From: Moniliella sp. 'wahieum'
Taxonomy: Eukaryota
Assembly: GCA_003971905.1 (NCBI GenBank)
Contig: RSEE01000037.1
Span: 558,001-622,000, forward strand
Length of the DNA stretch: 64,000 bases
Direction: 5' to 3'
Shown: in pieces, positions 27,301 through 40,341 of the stretch
Layout: each line of letters begins with the position of its first letter
How positions within the stretch are numbered: the first letter of the stretch is position 1
Program-made: the position numbers and the translations under genes
Notes under the pieces: model-generated
Database searches by the model: none
Told to the model about the DNA's origin: nothing
The model's input: only the letters and a program-made list of their open reading frames with translations

Positions 27301-28109
27301 CTCGTGGTGTTGCTTGCGGCGGCGTTGGTGGCGGTGCTGCTGTGGAGGAAGAAGAAAGATGCGCGTGACGCGGCACTGGCGAGGGAGAAGCGGGAGAAGG
27401 AGAGCCAGTGTGGGGTACGAGTCCGCTCCAACGACAGGCCACGATGCGGTCGGTCGGGCTGCGCGAAACGTGGGATCCCACTGCGATGGAAAACGAGGGA
27501 GGAAACGCGGTGCAAGCCAGTGCTGCGGGTGTTGGGGGCGCTGTGACCGCCAGCACGATTGGACGTCCACCCAGTGGCCGGACGGGCCAGTTCAGCGTGT
27601 CGGATACGTCGGACCCTTCGGGAGCTCCGTCGACTCTGACCAGGGCCGTGGGACGGGCGGAGGACGCTTCGCCAGTCTCTGGACAGGTGCGGGAGGAGAA
27701 CCCGTTTGCCGAGCACACGGCCATCCTGACCACCGGCCAATCCGTTCGGTCCCAGCGGGCTTCGATTGCAACTCGTGGCACTGGCCTCAGTTGGTCCGCC
27801 GTGTCCTCCTCCTCCTCTGACCACCTCGCCCTCCCTCGCGGGCCGGGTTTGGCCACCATCCCAGCCTCGCCTGCTCTGTCGCAAAGCCAGTACTCGACTT
27901 CGGACAGGGCCAGCGTCATGACTGAGTCGCAGCGAATCCAAGCGGCGTACCAGTCAACTGAGCCGGGCGTGGCACTTTCGCCCCCCTCGGCGCACTTGGA
28001 CCCCTTTGCGGATGCCCATGCCCCCCGTCCCGCCGGCAGGGAGCCCACTCAGATCCCCTATGGCAGCTTCAACTCGAACCCCTTCTTCTATTCTAATACC
28101 GCATCTTGA
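24380..28109 (+). CDS. MSB2: Msb2/Hkr1-like signalling mucin (frameshifted in this assembly)
   Basis: Signal-peptide-like start (MLFRRF..ALALALVAHA) and a very long Ser/Thr tract with internal repeats (~24830-25200). An HMH-like domain follows (PQLPASIAP..IALLF..AQLFNFMPTVV..VVTYALQAY), then one TM helix (LIGVFVPLVVLLAAALVAVLLW) with RKKK and a cytoplasmic tail. Confidence 0.7.
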
Positions 28110-28164
28110 TGCTGCCGGTCAGCGTCACTGGATTCGGCCGTCTTGGTTAGAAACCTATTTTGGT

Positions 28165-28265
28165 CTTCCTCCTCCTCCTCCTCCTCCTCTCCTCCTCCTC
28201 CTCCTCCTTCTTCCCTCCTCCTCCTCCTCCTCCTCCTCCCTTCTCCTCCCTCCCCCTCCGCTCCT
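28165..28265 (+). repeat. (CCT)n microsatellite downstream of the mucin gene
   Basis: Visible imperfect CCT run. Confidence 0.85.
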
Positions 28266-29762
28266 CGCGCACTCGCGATTATAGATGCGCAGTTCTATGT
28301 CGTTCCTTCTTCTTTTTCTTGTCCTCTCTTCCCGTCTAGTCTTTTGTCACCCTTGGGTCTCCAACGTTTCCATCAGGCGATGGACCACTGCAACTTGTGT
28401 CGCGCAGCCAACGTTTTTTTTCTTGCTTCTCTCACCAGCTTCCCTTTGGGCCGTCCATTGGATATCATCCCGTTCTTCATCCCTTTCCCCACTGAGTACT
28501 GATTCCTTTTGCTTGCCGGGCATAGTTGCAAGTGTAGGGCACATTGGTGCCGCTCGTTTCTGTTCCTGTTCCTGCTCCTACCACACGCTCGTTCTTGGTT
28601 CTTGCTGGGGACCCGCACCCTCCCCGTTCGTCCCTGGTGGACCCCAAAGCCGGCTTTGACTTCTTGGACGCGATTGCATCAGGATGGATCATGCATTGAG
28701 GTAGAACAGGCGAACGTCCTGGCCGTGCGCCACTCTACAGATTGCAGGCCGCTAGTAGCCTGACTGACCAGCAGAGCAACTACCAACCCTTTGATCCCAC
28801 AGACAAGAGCTGCAGGAGCGGACATGGAGGCAACGTAGTGGTGGGTCAAAAGAGGAGGCGTCACAGGCTGGATATACAAAGGCAAACACCATATTGTGAG
28901 TAGGAAAAGGGAAGACATTTCGAGCGAGTGTTCGACTACTGTATCAGGGTGGTGGCAAGGCCGCTTGAGCGGGCGTAGCGCGAATATATAGTACGTCAGT
29001 CGATCCATCATCGGATCCACTACGATGGCCACTATTGAAGATGCCGTGATGCCGACGACTCTGCTGTCCATTCGACGCGGCGGTTGTTGGACCACGGCCG
29101 GAATCGAGTAATGCCTGTCCCAGCGGGGACCAGTAAGCGGTAACCCCAGCGAGGGAGAGGCCAGAGGGGGTGCTGCCGTGTTGGCCACTCAGGTGGACGG
29201 ACAAGCGCAGGCGCCGTGGCTCGCGCTTCAACCGAAGCCTGAGTCAGATCCCAGATCCAGATCCCACCGGCGGTAAGCTTAAGCGGCCGGCAGGTGCCAA
29301 CCCTACGGTGCGGCGCCTGCAGAATTCGATTGGACAGAAGCAAGAAGCAAGCTGGAGGAATAACGACGGGTGATTAGATTGCCGATTATCAATCACGCAT
29401 TACGCGCTGCGTTACGGGCTCAGCTGATTAATGATTGGCTGCGATTGCGCCCACTCGACCCAGATTCCGCGGAGCGCAGCGGGCCGCGAGTGCCGTCCCA
29501 TGCGAGCCGGTGCTGTGTGCCTGAGAACTGCGTCTCAGTATCAGTGAGCTCGGGTTTCCGTTTCACCGTCTGGGCTGTTCTTTTGAGTTCTCACATCTCA
29601 CATCTGCCTTCTCACCCCGCCGCCTCGCCATCGCCTGCCGCCACGCGAACACGCCTCGCACGTTCTCCCCACGTTCGCATCGCCACGCCCCATCGCCGCC
29701 TCCCCCCCTCCCCCGCCTCCCCCGCCTCCCCCGCCACACACCGCCTCCGCCCCACCGCGCCC

Positions 29763-31463
29763 ATGTCCACCCACGCGCCGTTGGCCAGCCATCTGGCGCA
29801 GCTGCAGCTCCAGCCCCCTTTGCCGGCATCCGCTGCTCCTTCTGCCACACCAGCACCACGCCCCTCTGGCGCCGCACCGCCCAGGGCCGCCGCCTGCAAT
29901 GCGTGCTGGCTCCACGACCGCGCCCATCCCGGCCAGCCCCGTCCGCTCGCCAGCGACGCCGCGCCCCGCGCGCCCCTCTGGCCCACGGTGGTCGAGAACC
30001 ACACCTGTCCCGGTGGCGGGCTGTGCGACGGCACTGGCGCACCCCATCCTGCATCTGCCTCGGATGCCCCACATACAACAACCGCCTCGGTTCCCACGCA
30101 CGCCGCCCTGCCACCCAGCCTCCCATTGCGCCCGTCCAGGCCGAGCCAAGCGCGTCCCCCCCGCCCCCAACAGAGCCCGAGTGTCTCCCGGCCCCCGTGC
30201 CCTCGGTGCGCTCTACCCCTCCGCTCGGGCCTGACGACGCGGCCGCCTCCCCTCCGCAGCCCAAGCCGGAAAAGAAGGAACTGACACTCGCATGTGTCAA
30301 CTGCGGCACCACCACCACCCCTCTGTGGCGCCGGGACGAAGTGGGCAACCCAACTGCAATGCGTGTGGGACGTGTCCTCCCCCCCCTCCCCCCCTTCTCT
30401 CTTCGCTTCGCTGGACCCTTTGACTAACACGTTCCTTCCCCAGGCCTGTACCAGAAACTCCACGGCACCCGCGACCGATCGCGATGAAAAAGTCGGTGAT
30501 CAAACGAAGAAGACGGACGGTGCTGTCGGAAGCGGGCGCTTCCGGCGTGGCTCCCGAGACATCTTCTTCGGCCGTCACTACCAATTCCCCTGCCGCCCCT
30601 GGTGTGGTGCCCACGCCGATGGAGGTATTGCCTACCCCACACGTCCATGACCCTGCGTCGACTCATCCTCACGCTCGTGCCGAGCCTCCCACTTATTCCC
30701 TCTCTATCGATCAGTCCCAAGCCCAAGCCCAAGCCCAAGCCCAAGCCCAAGCCCAAGCCCAAGCCCAAGCCCAAGCCCAAGCCCAAGCCAGCGCAAGCCC
30801 AAGCCCAAGCCCAAGCGCAAGCCCAAGCCCAAGCCCAAGCCAAGCCCAAGCCCAAGCCCAAGCCCAAGCCCAAGCCCAAGCCCAAGCCCAAGCCCAAGCA
30901 GAAAGGCGGGCGCCATTTCCGGTGCACACCGAGGCACAACCGCCATCATTCGCCCCTCATCCCACCCCAAGCGCAGCATTTCGGGAGAGAGGGAGAACGA
31001 GGCGGCATTAGCATTGATGGAGGTACATGAGCTGGGACGGGGAACGAAACGCGCACGGGAGGATGGGCGCTCGGCGTCCCAACCGGCTTGGAGGCACATG
31101 AGAAACGTGCCGCTGGAGAGACTGGAGCAAGCATACGAGGACTTGCTGCGTGCCCGAAACGAGGTGGATGATCTTCTTTCCGGCTACACGTCTCTTCTGC
31201 ACCTCGCCCGGTCACACACACATCCCTCCCCATGGGAAACCAATGCGGTCCCCAATCCTCAAACCCAGCATGCCTCGAAGCACACCCTCTCCCTCTCCTT
31301 TCTTCGTCTCTCTCCTCCCGCTCCTCCTCCGGGACAGAGAGGGACAGCTTCCGCCCCTGAGAGGGAGGCAGCCGCGCTGGGGGCAGTAACCGTGCCCGGC
31401 GGACGAATGGGTGGACGGGTGCGTTTTTTATGGATACCTTATTATTTCCTCCATCTGGTATAG
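29763..31463 (+). CDS. Iron-responsive GATA transcription factor (Urbs1/SreA/Fep1 type); intron ~30365-30443; frameshifted
   Basis: Finger 1 [19 protein letters not shown] (~29835-29910) and the Cys-rich iron-sensing segment [22 protein letters not shown]. Finger 2 [24 protein letters not shown], then [18 protein letters not shown] and a C-terminal coiled-coil-like segment. Confidence 0.88.
30716..30899 (+). repeat. (CAAGCC)n hexamer array encoding poly-QA/SP inside the GATA gene
   Basis: About 30 near-perfect CAAGCC units. Confidence 0.95.
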
Positions 31464-32536
31464 AACAAGGTAGATTCATGCCTCGGTAGCTTCCGTCGTG
31501 TCGTCCCCCGTCTTGCGCGCTTTGTGTGGCTTGCGCTTCTGCTGCTGCGCCGCACGCACGGCTAGAAAAGGGGTCAGGGCTCAGGACTGGGTACTCAGGT
31601 GGGATGGATACCAAGCGAGCGACAGGCCTGCGGCGATCGTATGCATCGGTCCAAGGGTAAGAGGGAAACGTACCAGCCAAATGTTGCTGCAGGATGTCCT
31701 TGCATCAGAGGGAGCCCCATGTGCTCAATCACTGCCAACACATCGTCGGCCGAGACGGTCTTTCGCTTGCGTTCGGCTGCTTGCTCCTGGGCCGCTTGGC
31801 CTGGTCGAAGCTAAGGGTCAGCAGTGTGCGCTCTGGGGCGCGACAGCAAGCAAGGAACATACCGAGATAGAGATGAAGACAGCGGTGCAGCTGGACAGGG
31901 CGAGGGTGGCGTCCTTGCGCACCTGGGTGCTGGCCGGGAGCTGGGCGTGTGTCAGAGCTACGGCAGCAGCGCAAGGAGGAGGCACGTACGGCGGCCCTGA
32001 CGGTGCGGTGATGACGGCCCGCGGCATCTCGAAGTGGTCCAGGCCGGGTGGTCGTCGTCGTCGTAGGCGGAGGTGGTCCTGGTGAGCGCGGCATGGTGGG
32101 GGTGGGCGCGGGGGGCAGCCGAGCGGCGGGGCGTGGAGTGTGAGTGTCGGCGGGGTCGAGTGTGAGTGTCGGCGGTGCCAGTCTGCCTGGGCGTGTCGGG
32201 CGCGTCGCGCCGAGACGAGGCGACTCAACCCTAGCGCCTCTGCCCCGGCTTGCGGCTCAGCCGCCTGGCCATCCAGCGCGGAAGGGTGTGGGCGGAATGG
32301 CGGGCGCCTCTGCCAGTTGCATTTGGTCCAGCGGCTGCTCCCGCCGGCCGAGCAGGGTGGAGGACAGCACTTCAGTGGCAAGCAGCAGACGGCACGCGAC
32401 ACGCTTTCTGATCGCACTCGCAATCGCAATCGCAATCGCAATCGCACCGCACCGCCTCCCGTCCGTCGTGCTCGTGTGGCCGCCGATGGGCAGAGCTCCT
32501 TCAAGGACCTGCAGCAGAAGCGCTCCTCCCGCGCTG

Positions 32537-34300
32537 CATGGCTCTACGACCCCACCGCCCCCCCGCCTCCGCCCACGTCGACCGTACCCCCCCCCCCGCC
32601 CCCGCTCCTCTTCTGCCTCCGCCACTGAGCCCGCTCGCCCCCGCTCGCCCCCTCCGGCACAGGAGGCACAGGGGCATGGACCCCGGCTGCCCTACCGCCT
32701 CCCATCCAATCCCGACGTCGAGGTGCGCGCGACCAAACGCAAGGGCCGCGGCCTGTTCTGGGCTCCGCTCGACGGTCGCGTGCTCCAAAAAGGTACGTTT
32801 TCCCCCTCGCCTGGACTTGGCTTCCCCCTTGTCAGCCGACCTAACCCGCCGACAGGAGATGAAATTCTGCGCCTTGAGCCCGACTCGTCTCGCTCCTGAC
32901 CAACATGCTCCCCGAAGTATGTGGAGGCTGTCTCACCGCACGTCCGCGCGCAAGTGTCGATGCGGTGTGATGGTGTACTGCAGCACCGTGTGCAAGGAGA
33001 GTGATCATGCCCATGCGACGGAGTGTGGCGCACTTCAAGTGTTTTGCCAAGCGAAGACAGAGGCGTTGGAGAGGAGCACCGAGACTCTGGAAGGACTGAC
33101 GCAGGTGCCGAACGAGTCGGTGCGGGGCATGGCGCGACTGCTGTTCCAGCGGTCCCGCCTGTGTACCCGGGGACGCTGGGCGGCCATCGAACACCTGGCC
33201 AACCCCCGTGCCAAGCTGCCAGACACAGAACAAGCCCAGCTGGGTAAGACGGCGAGTCAGCTGGCTTACTACCTGCACTGCGGGGACCCTAAGCAGGACC
33301 TGCACCATGTGCTGGACAACTATGCTCTCTCTCTTCCGCCCGGCCCTGTTGGACTTTGTGCACAGTACCACGGCAACGCATTTGCCCTCCTCGATGACGG
33401 GGCAACACGTTGGGAACTGCTGTGGTGCCCGAGGCGGCTCTGATGAACCACGCATGCGCGCCCAACACGGTGTGGGGGTACCCAGCCGGAGCGGGGCGCG
33501 GCGCATGTTTCAGCGTGGTGTGTACCCAGCCCATCTCCCCCGGAAAGGAAGTAACCACCTCCTACCTTCCTCCCACCACTCCGCTCCATATGCGAGACAA
33601 GACGCGAGATACGTATGGGTTTGAATGTGGATGCACGATCTGCCGAGCGGGCCGGCAGACGGTACAAGCCATCCAAACAGCGATGCAAGCGGGCACCCCG
33701 GCGCCGTTGCATGGCAAAGACGGGGCGATGCTATGGCACGACCCGCGCGACGGTATGCTGTGCCCACAGGGCTGTGGAGGATGGATCATGGTGCCCTTTT
33801 GTACCGAGCAGCAACTTGCCGACCTGGCCCGGGATACGTTCACCGCGCCTTGTCCCAAGTGCAAGGTCCAGTCCAAGTGGGCGTATGGCACGGTCCAGCG
33901 GCTCAGGTTGGAAGGCAGCAAGCTCTTGCTCCAGGCGCGGGTGGAGGATGTGGAAGATGCCGTGCTGGCCCAGTGCATCGCCCAGTTGAAACGCCACCTG
34001 CCGGTCGCAGCCTATCCTTTGCAGGAGTTGATGGGATTGAAGCCGGCATAGCTCGCGCTGTGCTGCGAAATGATGACTATCATGCCAGCGCCCGTTGCGC
34101 TCCTTGCCGATCCACCTCGAGCACAAGACAGCCACGGTTGGACTTGGATTGGATACCTAGAAAGCATGCATTAACTCAGCGAGTAGAAATCCTCAGCGCT
34201 CCCAGCCTTGATCCTGGAAACGGTGCCCCTGTGTGGAGCGCCTCATGTTGGGCGATGACTTGACCAACACTGTGGTCGTGTCAGGAGAGAAGGGAAGCTG
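32537..34300 (+). CDS. SET-MYND (SMYD-type) lysine methyltransferase; intron ~32793-32855; ends approximate
   Basis: KGRGLF (SET-N), MYND-like YCSTVCKESDHAHATEC, NAF, ALMNHACAPN, ISPGKEVTTSY and post-SET YGFECGCTIC. Confidence 0.85.
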
Positions 34301-34753
34301 GAAGAGACATGTTGCTCGACTGTGGAAACTCGGGAGGGGCACGGAACGCACGGAATCAGGCCTGACAGTTGAAGCTAGAAGGTGGCACCCTTAAATGAAC
34401 ACTGTTGCTGTACTGTGAAACGGCTGGCTTGCTAACTTGCTGGGTTCTCCCACTCCCACAGCTCGCTCTCCGGCGTCCTAGACGAGAGCCTGAGGTCTTG
34501 ACCCTGATCTGAGTTGCCCACAAGGACGGGCTGCAGCCAGCTTATACTATATTTGGTGTTTCTTTACCAAAACAGGTGTGGCCCTCGTTACATGTTTTGT
34601 CGCCAAATCTCTGTTCCCGCACCGAAATCCGTGCAGAGGAGACTACAAGATGGAGGGGAATCGACGGGTAGGGATGTCTGTCTGGTCCGAGGATTCGGGA
34701 AGACCAAGAGGTGGTCACTGAAGCGGCCGGTGGGACGCTGATGAGCTAGGAAG

Positions 34754-34930
34754 TGTCACAGTCGGGGCTAAGGCGAGGGAGACCAGGATCGGACTAGGCC
34801 AAGGGGTGTAGCAATCGTTCGTGGAAAGAAGAAGAACAGAGGACATGGTGCGAAGTGGAAGGAACAGGGAAGGAGCGAGACGCCGGACGAAGAAATTGGA
34901 AATGGGAGCGAGATCAGCCAAACTATGACA
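34754..34930 (-). repeat. 3' LTR of the chromovirus
   Basis: Near-identical to 40342-40521. Confidence 0.95.
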
Positions 34931-34946
34931 TTGCCCCCTTCATACC

Positions 34947-37900
34947 TCATCTCCCGGCGGCGACGAAGGCGAGAGAGGGCGAGTCGGCGGGCATGGGAGA
35001 CAGGCTTATCGGGTAGAGGGCGTGGAAACGAACCACTGGCTCGGTCATGAGACATGTCCGCAGCGGGTACCCACTCCCTCTCGTGGACAGGATAGCCCCG
35101 GAAGTGAACAAAGTACTCAATGCGGCCTCCACGACCCTTGCGGCGAGATCGAGGACATGCTCGACCTCGTGATGACCGCAACCATCATCAGCAAACTCGG
35201 GGAGAGGAGGCGGGGGCTCGATCAAGCGGGCAGGGACCACGTCACCAGGGTGTAGGCTCGCAAGCGGGACACATGGAACACGTCATGGAGGTGTAGGTAG
35301 TCGGGGAGGCGGACCTGGTACGCGGCGCGGCCCACGGCGCGGACAATGGGAAAGGGGCCGAGGTAGCGATAGTCCAGGCCGTCAGAAGGCCGCTGGCTGG
35401 ACACATACCCGTCCCGACGGACCAAAACAGGCTGGCCTGCAGTGAAGGAAGCCGCCTCGGTGCGCTGCTGATCGGCATAATGCTTGTAGCGTTCTTGGGC
35501 CGCGGCGAGCGTGCGGCGGGCCACCGCCTGGGCCGAACGCAAATCCTCCAGATATGACGCAGCATCGGGCACGGGCGAAGTGGAGGGCTCCAACTCCCCC
35601 CGGGGGGAGTAACCATAGGTGAGGACAAAGGGGGACTGGTGGGTGCTCGAGTGGGAGGACGAGTTGTAGGCGAATTCGGCCGTGGGGAGGAGATCGAACC
35701 AGTTGGACTGCTGCTCGTCGAGGTAGCAGCGGAGGTACTGTTCGAGGATCTGGTTGAGTCGCTCAGTCTGGCCGTCCGTCTGGGGGTGGTACGCGGTGCT
35801 GAGGCTCGACTTGATGCCCAAGTCGGCACACAAGGCTTGCCAGAAGTGGCTTGTGAAGGTCGGTCCCCGATCACTCACCAGATCCCGGGGAAGGCCATGG
35901 TAGCGAAAGACCTGGTGTACAAACTGGCGTGCGAGCTGGGGCGCAGTGTCCGTCGTGTGGGCGGGAATGAAGTGACCCATTTTGGTAAAACGATCCACCA
36001 CCACCAGAATCGCGTCGTAACCATTGGATCGGGGAAGCTGGGTAATGTGGTCCATCGTCAAGTGGGTCCACGGGCCTTGGGGAGGGGAAAGGGGCTGAAG
36101 GAGTCCAGCGGGTTGGTGGCGAGGCGCTTTGGTCCGTTGACAGCGGTCGCACGAGCGCACGTAGGCCCACACGTCGGCTGACAGGCGGGGCCACCAATAT
36201 TGAGCGCGGACACGGGCCAACGTCTTGTCGCGCCCTTCATGGCCCGCCAATGCCGAGTCGTGGGCTTGGTGGAGAATGGCAGCGCGGATCGGCGGGTCGC
36301 TGGGGACGTATACCTGGTTTCCGTGCCACAAAAGGCCGTCGCGGACCGTCAAAGCATGGCGGGGTGGGCGTGGAGCCGTAGCAAGGGACCAACGAGGGTC
36401 ACGAGGCAGGAGTTGGCGGATGCGCTGTCGAATCTCGTCGGCAGACACTCGCCCCACCACCGGTGTATCGGGGTCCGCCGCCATGAGCTCGAGGGCGGCG
36501 GCAGAACGTTCGGACATGGGCTCCACCAGTACTTGAGGTGCCGCGTCAGCGGGCCGGGGCCCCTCAGAGGTCGGGACGGCGCGACAACCCGTCAGCCGCA
36601 CCATTCTTCTGCCCGGCACGGTACACCATAGCAAGGCGGTAGGGGGACAGGGTCTGGCGCCATCGGCCCTGGCGGCGGTTCAACAGGCGGGGACGGCGGA
36701 ACGTAGCAATGGCCTCGTGGTCCGTAAGCACTTGGACAGTCTCAACACTTTCGACGTAATGGCGCCACACCTCCACGGCGGCCACGATGGCCAGCACCTC
36801 CTTTTCGGACGTAGTATAGTTCAGCTCGGCCGCGGTGAACTTGCGAGAATGGAAGGCGACCGGCCGCCAACGACCGTGAACATCCTGCTGGGCGAGCACC
36901 GCACCAAGCGCCGCGTCCGACGCGTCAGTCTCGAGGCGAAGGGGGCGAGTGGGATCAAAGTGGCAGAGGAGGTGGGGCGAGGCAAAGACGCGCTTGAGCT
37001 CGGCAAACGCCTCTTCGCAGGCTGGGGTCCAAGAAAACCGCTGGTCCTTGCGTGTCAGGTCGGACAGAGGGGCTGAGATACGGGCAAAAGAACGGACGAA
37101 GTGACGGTAGTAGTTGGCGAAGCCGAGGAAGACTTGGACTTGGCGAGGGGTTCTGGGTGTTGGCCACGACCGAATCGACTCAACCTTGGACGGGTCCATC
37201 CCGATCCCGTCAGGCGAAACGACGTAGCCCAGGTACTCGGTGCGGCGTGTGTGGAACTGACACTTGTCGGGGTTGAGGTAGAACTTGGCCAGCTGCAGAC
37301 GCCGGAGGACCTCGGCAACGTGGCGCTCGTGCTCCATCTCATTAGTCGAAAAGATGAGGATGTCGTCGAGGTATGCCAATACCGAGACGTCGAGGAGGTC
37401 ACGGAGGAGGTCGTTCATCACAGCTTGGAAGGTGGCAGGGGCGTTGCAAAGGCCAAACGGCATAACAAGGGATTCAAAGTGTCCGTACCGAGTGCGGAAG
37501 GCAGTCTTACTCTCGTCGCCTTCTCTCACCCGCAACAAGTTATACGCCCCACGGAGGTCAAGCTTGGTGAAGATGCGGGCCCCCGAGAGGCGGTCCAACG
37601 AGTCACTAATCAGAGGCAGAGCCAACCGGTTCTTGATCGTAACCGAGTTGAGCGCACGATAGTCCACGCACAGGCGCAACGAGCCGTCCTTCTTTTTGAC
37701 AAACAGGACGCCCGCGCCGAAGGGAGACTTGGATGGACGGATGAACCCTGCAGCCAGGTTCTCCTTGAGCCACTGGGACAAGGCCTGCATTTCGCCCGTC
37801 GACAAGGGGTAGAGGCGAGTGAAGGTGGGGGCGGCGCCGGGGACAAGGTCGATGGCGTGATCGGCGGCACGATGGGCGGGGAGCGTCTTAGCCCCTGACT

Positions 37901-38950
37901 TGGAAAAGGCGCTAAGGAAGGAGTGGTAGCGGGGAGGGACTGTCTGGCGGACGTGCTCGAGGTACTCGGGTGTGTCACACTCGTCGGGAAACATTGGCTC
38001 GGGACCGCCAGCGACCGCGACGGACGAGACGGCCAACTCGGGCTCAGGGGGAAATGCGACGTTTACCATGGCCTCGGGTTCCTTGACCACCTCGAGCTCA
38101 AACTGCTCCAGAGAGAGAATGTCAATAGGCGGTCCAGACCGAGAAGGCAAGGAGGGACCCGGGCCAGAGGGCGCCGAGGAGGGGGTGTGGGGAAGAGGCT
38201 GCGTACCGCGCGACGGGGGGTGGGACGAAGTGGGTAAGAGAGGGGAGGAGGGGACGGGCTGGGAGGGAACCGAGGAGGGAAAGGAATCGAGTTGACAGAG
38301 GGGGGCGAGATGGGGTTAGATGGGGAGGTGGACTTGGGCCGGGGCCCGGGCGAGTGCTGGTGCTGGTGCGTAGTCTTGGTCTTGGGCTGGTCTTGGTGCT
38401 GGGGCTGGTCTTGGTGCTTGGTCTGGTCTTGGTGCTTGGGCTGGTCTTGGTGCTTGGGCTGGTCTTGGGGCTTGGGTGGGGGTTGGGGCTGAGGCCGGGG
38501 TACAGTCGTGGAAGGCATATGGTGATCACGGCACTGCACCTTATCAAAGTAAAGGGTGTGCGAGGGGTAGTCGGTGCTGGGGTTGTGAGTCTCAAGGAAA
38601 GGGAGGCCGAGGATGAGGGGGTGATGGAGGGAAGTGAGGAAGAACTCCTCAGTTGAGACATGGGAGCCGATCACGACAGGCGCCTTCACCGCTTGGGTCA
38701 CCAGACCCGAGGAAATGGGACGCCCGTCTACCACCCTGACGACCACAGGCGACGGCAGCGTGCGAGGAACCAGGCCATGCTGGCGGGCAAAACCATGGTC
38801 CATGAAAATACTGTTCGCACCAGAGTCGACCAAGGCGGTGACCGGGATCGGGGAAAAGGGAGACGGAGACGAGGGGCCAGGATGCAGATGGGCGAGTACC
38901 GTGAAAGACCGAGAGGAGGGGGGACAGGGCCCCACTGCCGCCTCAGACAG
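34947..38950 (-). CDS. Pol polyprotein (protease, RT, RNase H, integrase, chromodomain), split over several frames
   Basis: Protease LVDSGA; RT LRLCVDYRALN, MPFGLCNAPATFQ, YLDDILIF; RNase H LETDASD. Integrase H-H-C-C plus MDHI..SDRG..QTDGQTER and YLGPF. Chromodomain EVEHVL..EYFVHFRGYP..EWVP. Confidence 0.93.
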
Positions 38951-40300
38951 AATCAGCGGCGGGGCCGAGGAGGCGGCGGGGAGACCTGGACGTGGGGCAC
39001 TCGGCAATGAGGTGGTCACGGGAACCGCAGTAGAAGCACGCACCTTGAGCGCGGCGCTCGGTGCGCCGTGCCGCCGCTTCGGCGGTGGCGGTGGCTGCGC
39101 TGAGGTCCATGGGCTCGGCTTCGGGCGACGAGGGCCGAAACCAATGATTGCCGCCCGATCCCGGGGAGGTTGCGGTACCATGAGCGCCCAACGATTGCGA
39201 TTGGTCGATGTCAATGGCCGCTGTGCGCAGTTGTTCGAAACTGATCCGTCCAAAGTGAGCCGACTCGCCGCGGGAGGCGATTGCGTCACGCACCCGCGGC
39301 TTCAAGCCGTACAGAAAGTGATAGTAGCGGTCCTCATCCGACGCGTTGGGGTTCCAGCGACGCAGCAGAACCGTGAACGTAGCGGAATAGTCCGCTGCAG
39401 ATCCCGTCTGCCGAAGACGACCAAACTCCTCAAACGCCTTCAGCGCCGGGTTGCGCTCGCCCCACTGCTCCAGGAAAGCTGCGCGAAACGCAGGCCAAGA
39501 CCGGAGGGCGGGTGTGGTGCGCGCCTCCAGGGGAAGGGCCACCTCCGAACCGAACTGCTCGACCCAAGTGAGGGCCTCCCCCTGCAGCAGGCCCATGAAG
39601 CGGTCGATCCATGCCGCCGCGCCCAGATGCGTGAGGGCGACGCGCGCGTAAATCTCGAAGGAGGTGACGACGTGCTGGGCCTGGACCCGGTCCCGAGAGT
39701 TGGGATTCGCACCAGACGACGGGCGGAAACGAACGGGCTCGAACATCTTCGGCTCTTCCGACACCTTGTTCGGGATGGCGGTCAGATCACCATAAGGCCC
39801 AGGGGCGGGAGCGGGGGCGGGGCCCGAGGACACCACGCCAGTTTGAGCCTCCCGTACCGAGGCGGCCAACCGGGCCTCTTCCGCGGCGAGCGCCGCCTCC
39901 TCCCGCCGCTGACGGAGGCGGTGCTCACGGCGCTTCGCCTCTTGCTCATCCTCGAAAGCGCGGCGCTGGTCCTCCTGGGCTGCAAGGTAGGCCTGGTGTT
40001 CCCGGGCCTCCGTCAACAGAAGCTGGCGCATTCTGCGGGCCTCATCGACCCGGCGCTGAGCGGCCTCGAGGTCCAGGCCGGACAGGTCGGAGGCAGGCAA
40101 TGTATACCCCGGGGGCGCGGGCGCAACAGAGCTGCATGGGGGGGTTCAGAGGGGCCAGCCGGGTGGAACCACTCCGGGCCATCGTCGTCGAACGGAGCGT
40201 CAGAGGGGGGTCGGACGGGGGTCGGATCGGGCCGCGCCGCGCGATGGGGTGCGGCGCTAGGGTTACTGGGGTCATGGGGGTTGTCGTGGATCGAGGACAT
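38943..40300 (-). CDS. Gag polyprotein (first ATG at 40300 is in a different frame from the main ORF)
   Basis: Retrotrans_gag-like LRQTGSAADYSATF..FLYGLKPRV, EPMDLS, and zinc knuckle CFYCGSRDHLIAEC. Confidence 0.9.
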
Positions 40301-40341
40301 CTCTGGTCGGGCTCGCCTGTTGACGGTTAGACGAACGATAA

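Noticed and set aside
30716..30899. Telomeric repeat or CRISPR array
   Set aside because: It is a spacerless hexamer array inside a coding exon and is not TTAGGG.
38930..39000. Programmed gag-pol frameshift type
   Set aside because: The frame offset cannot be trusted given the indel noise, and no clear slippery heptamer was seen.
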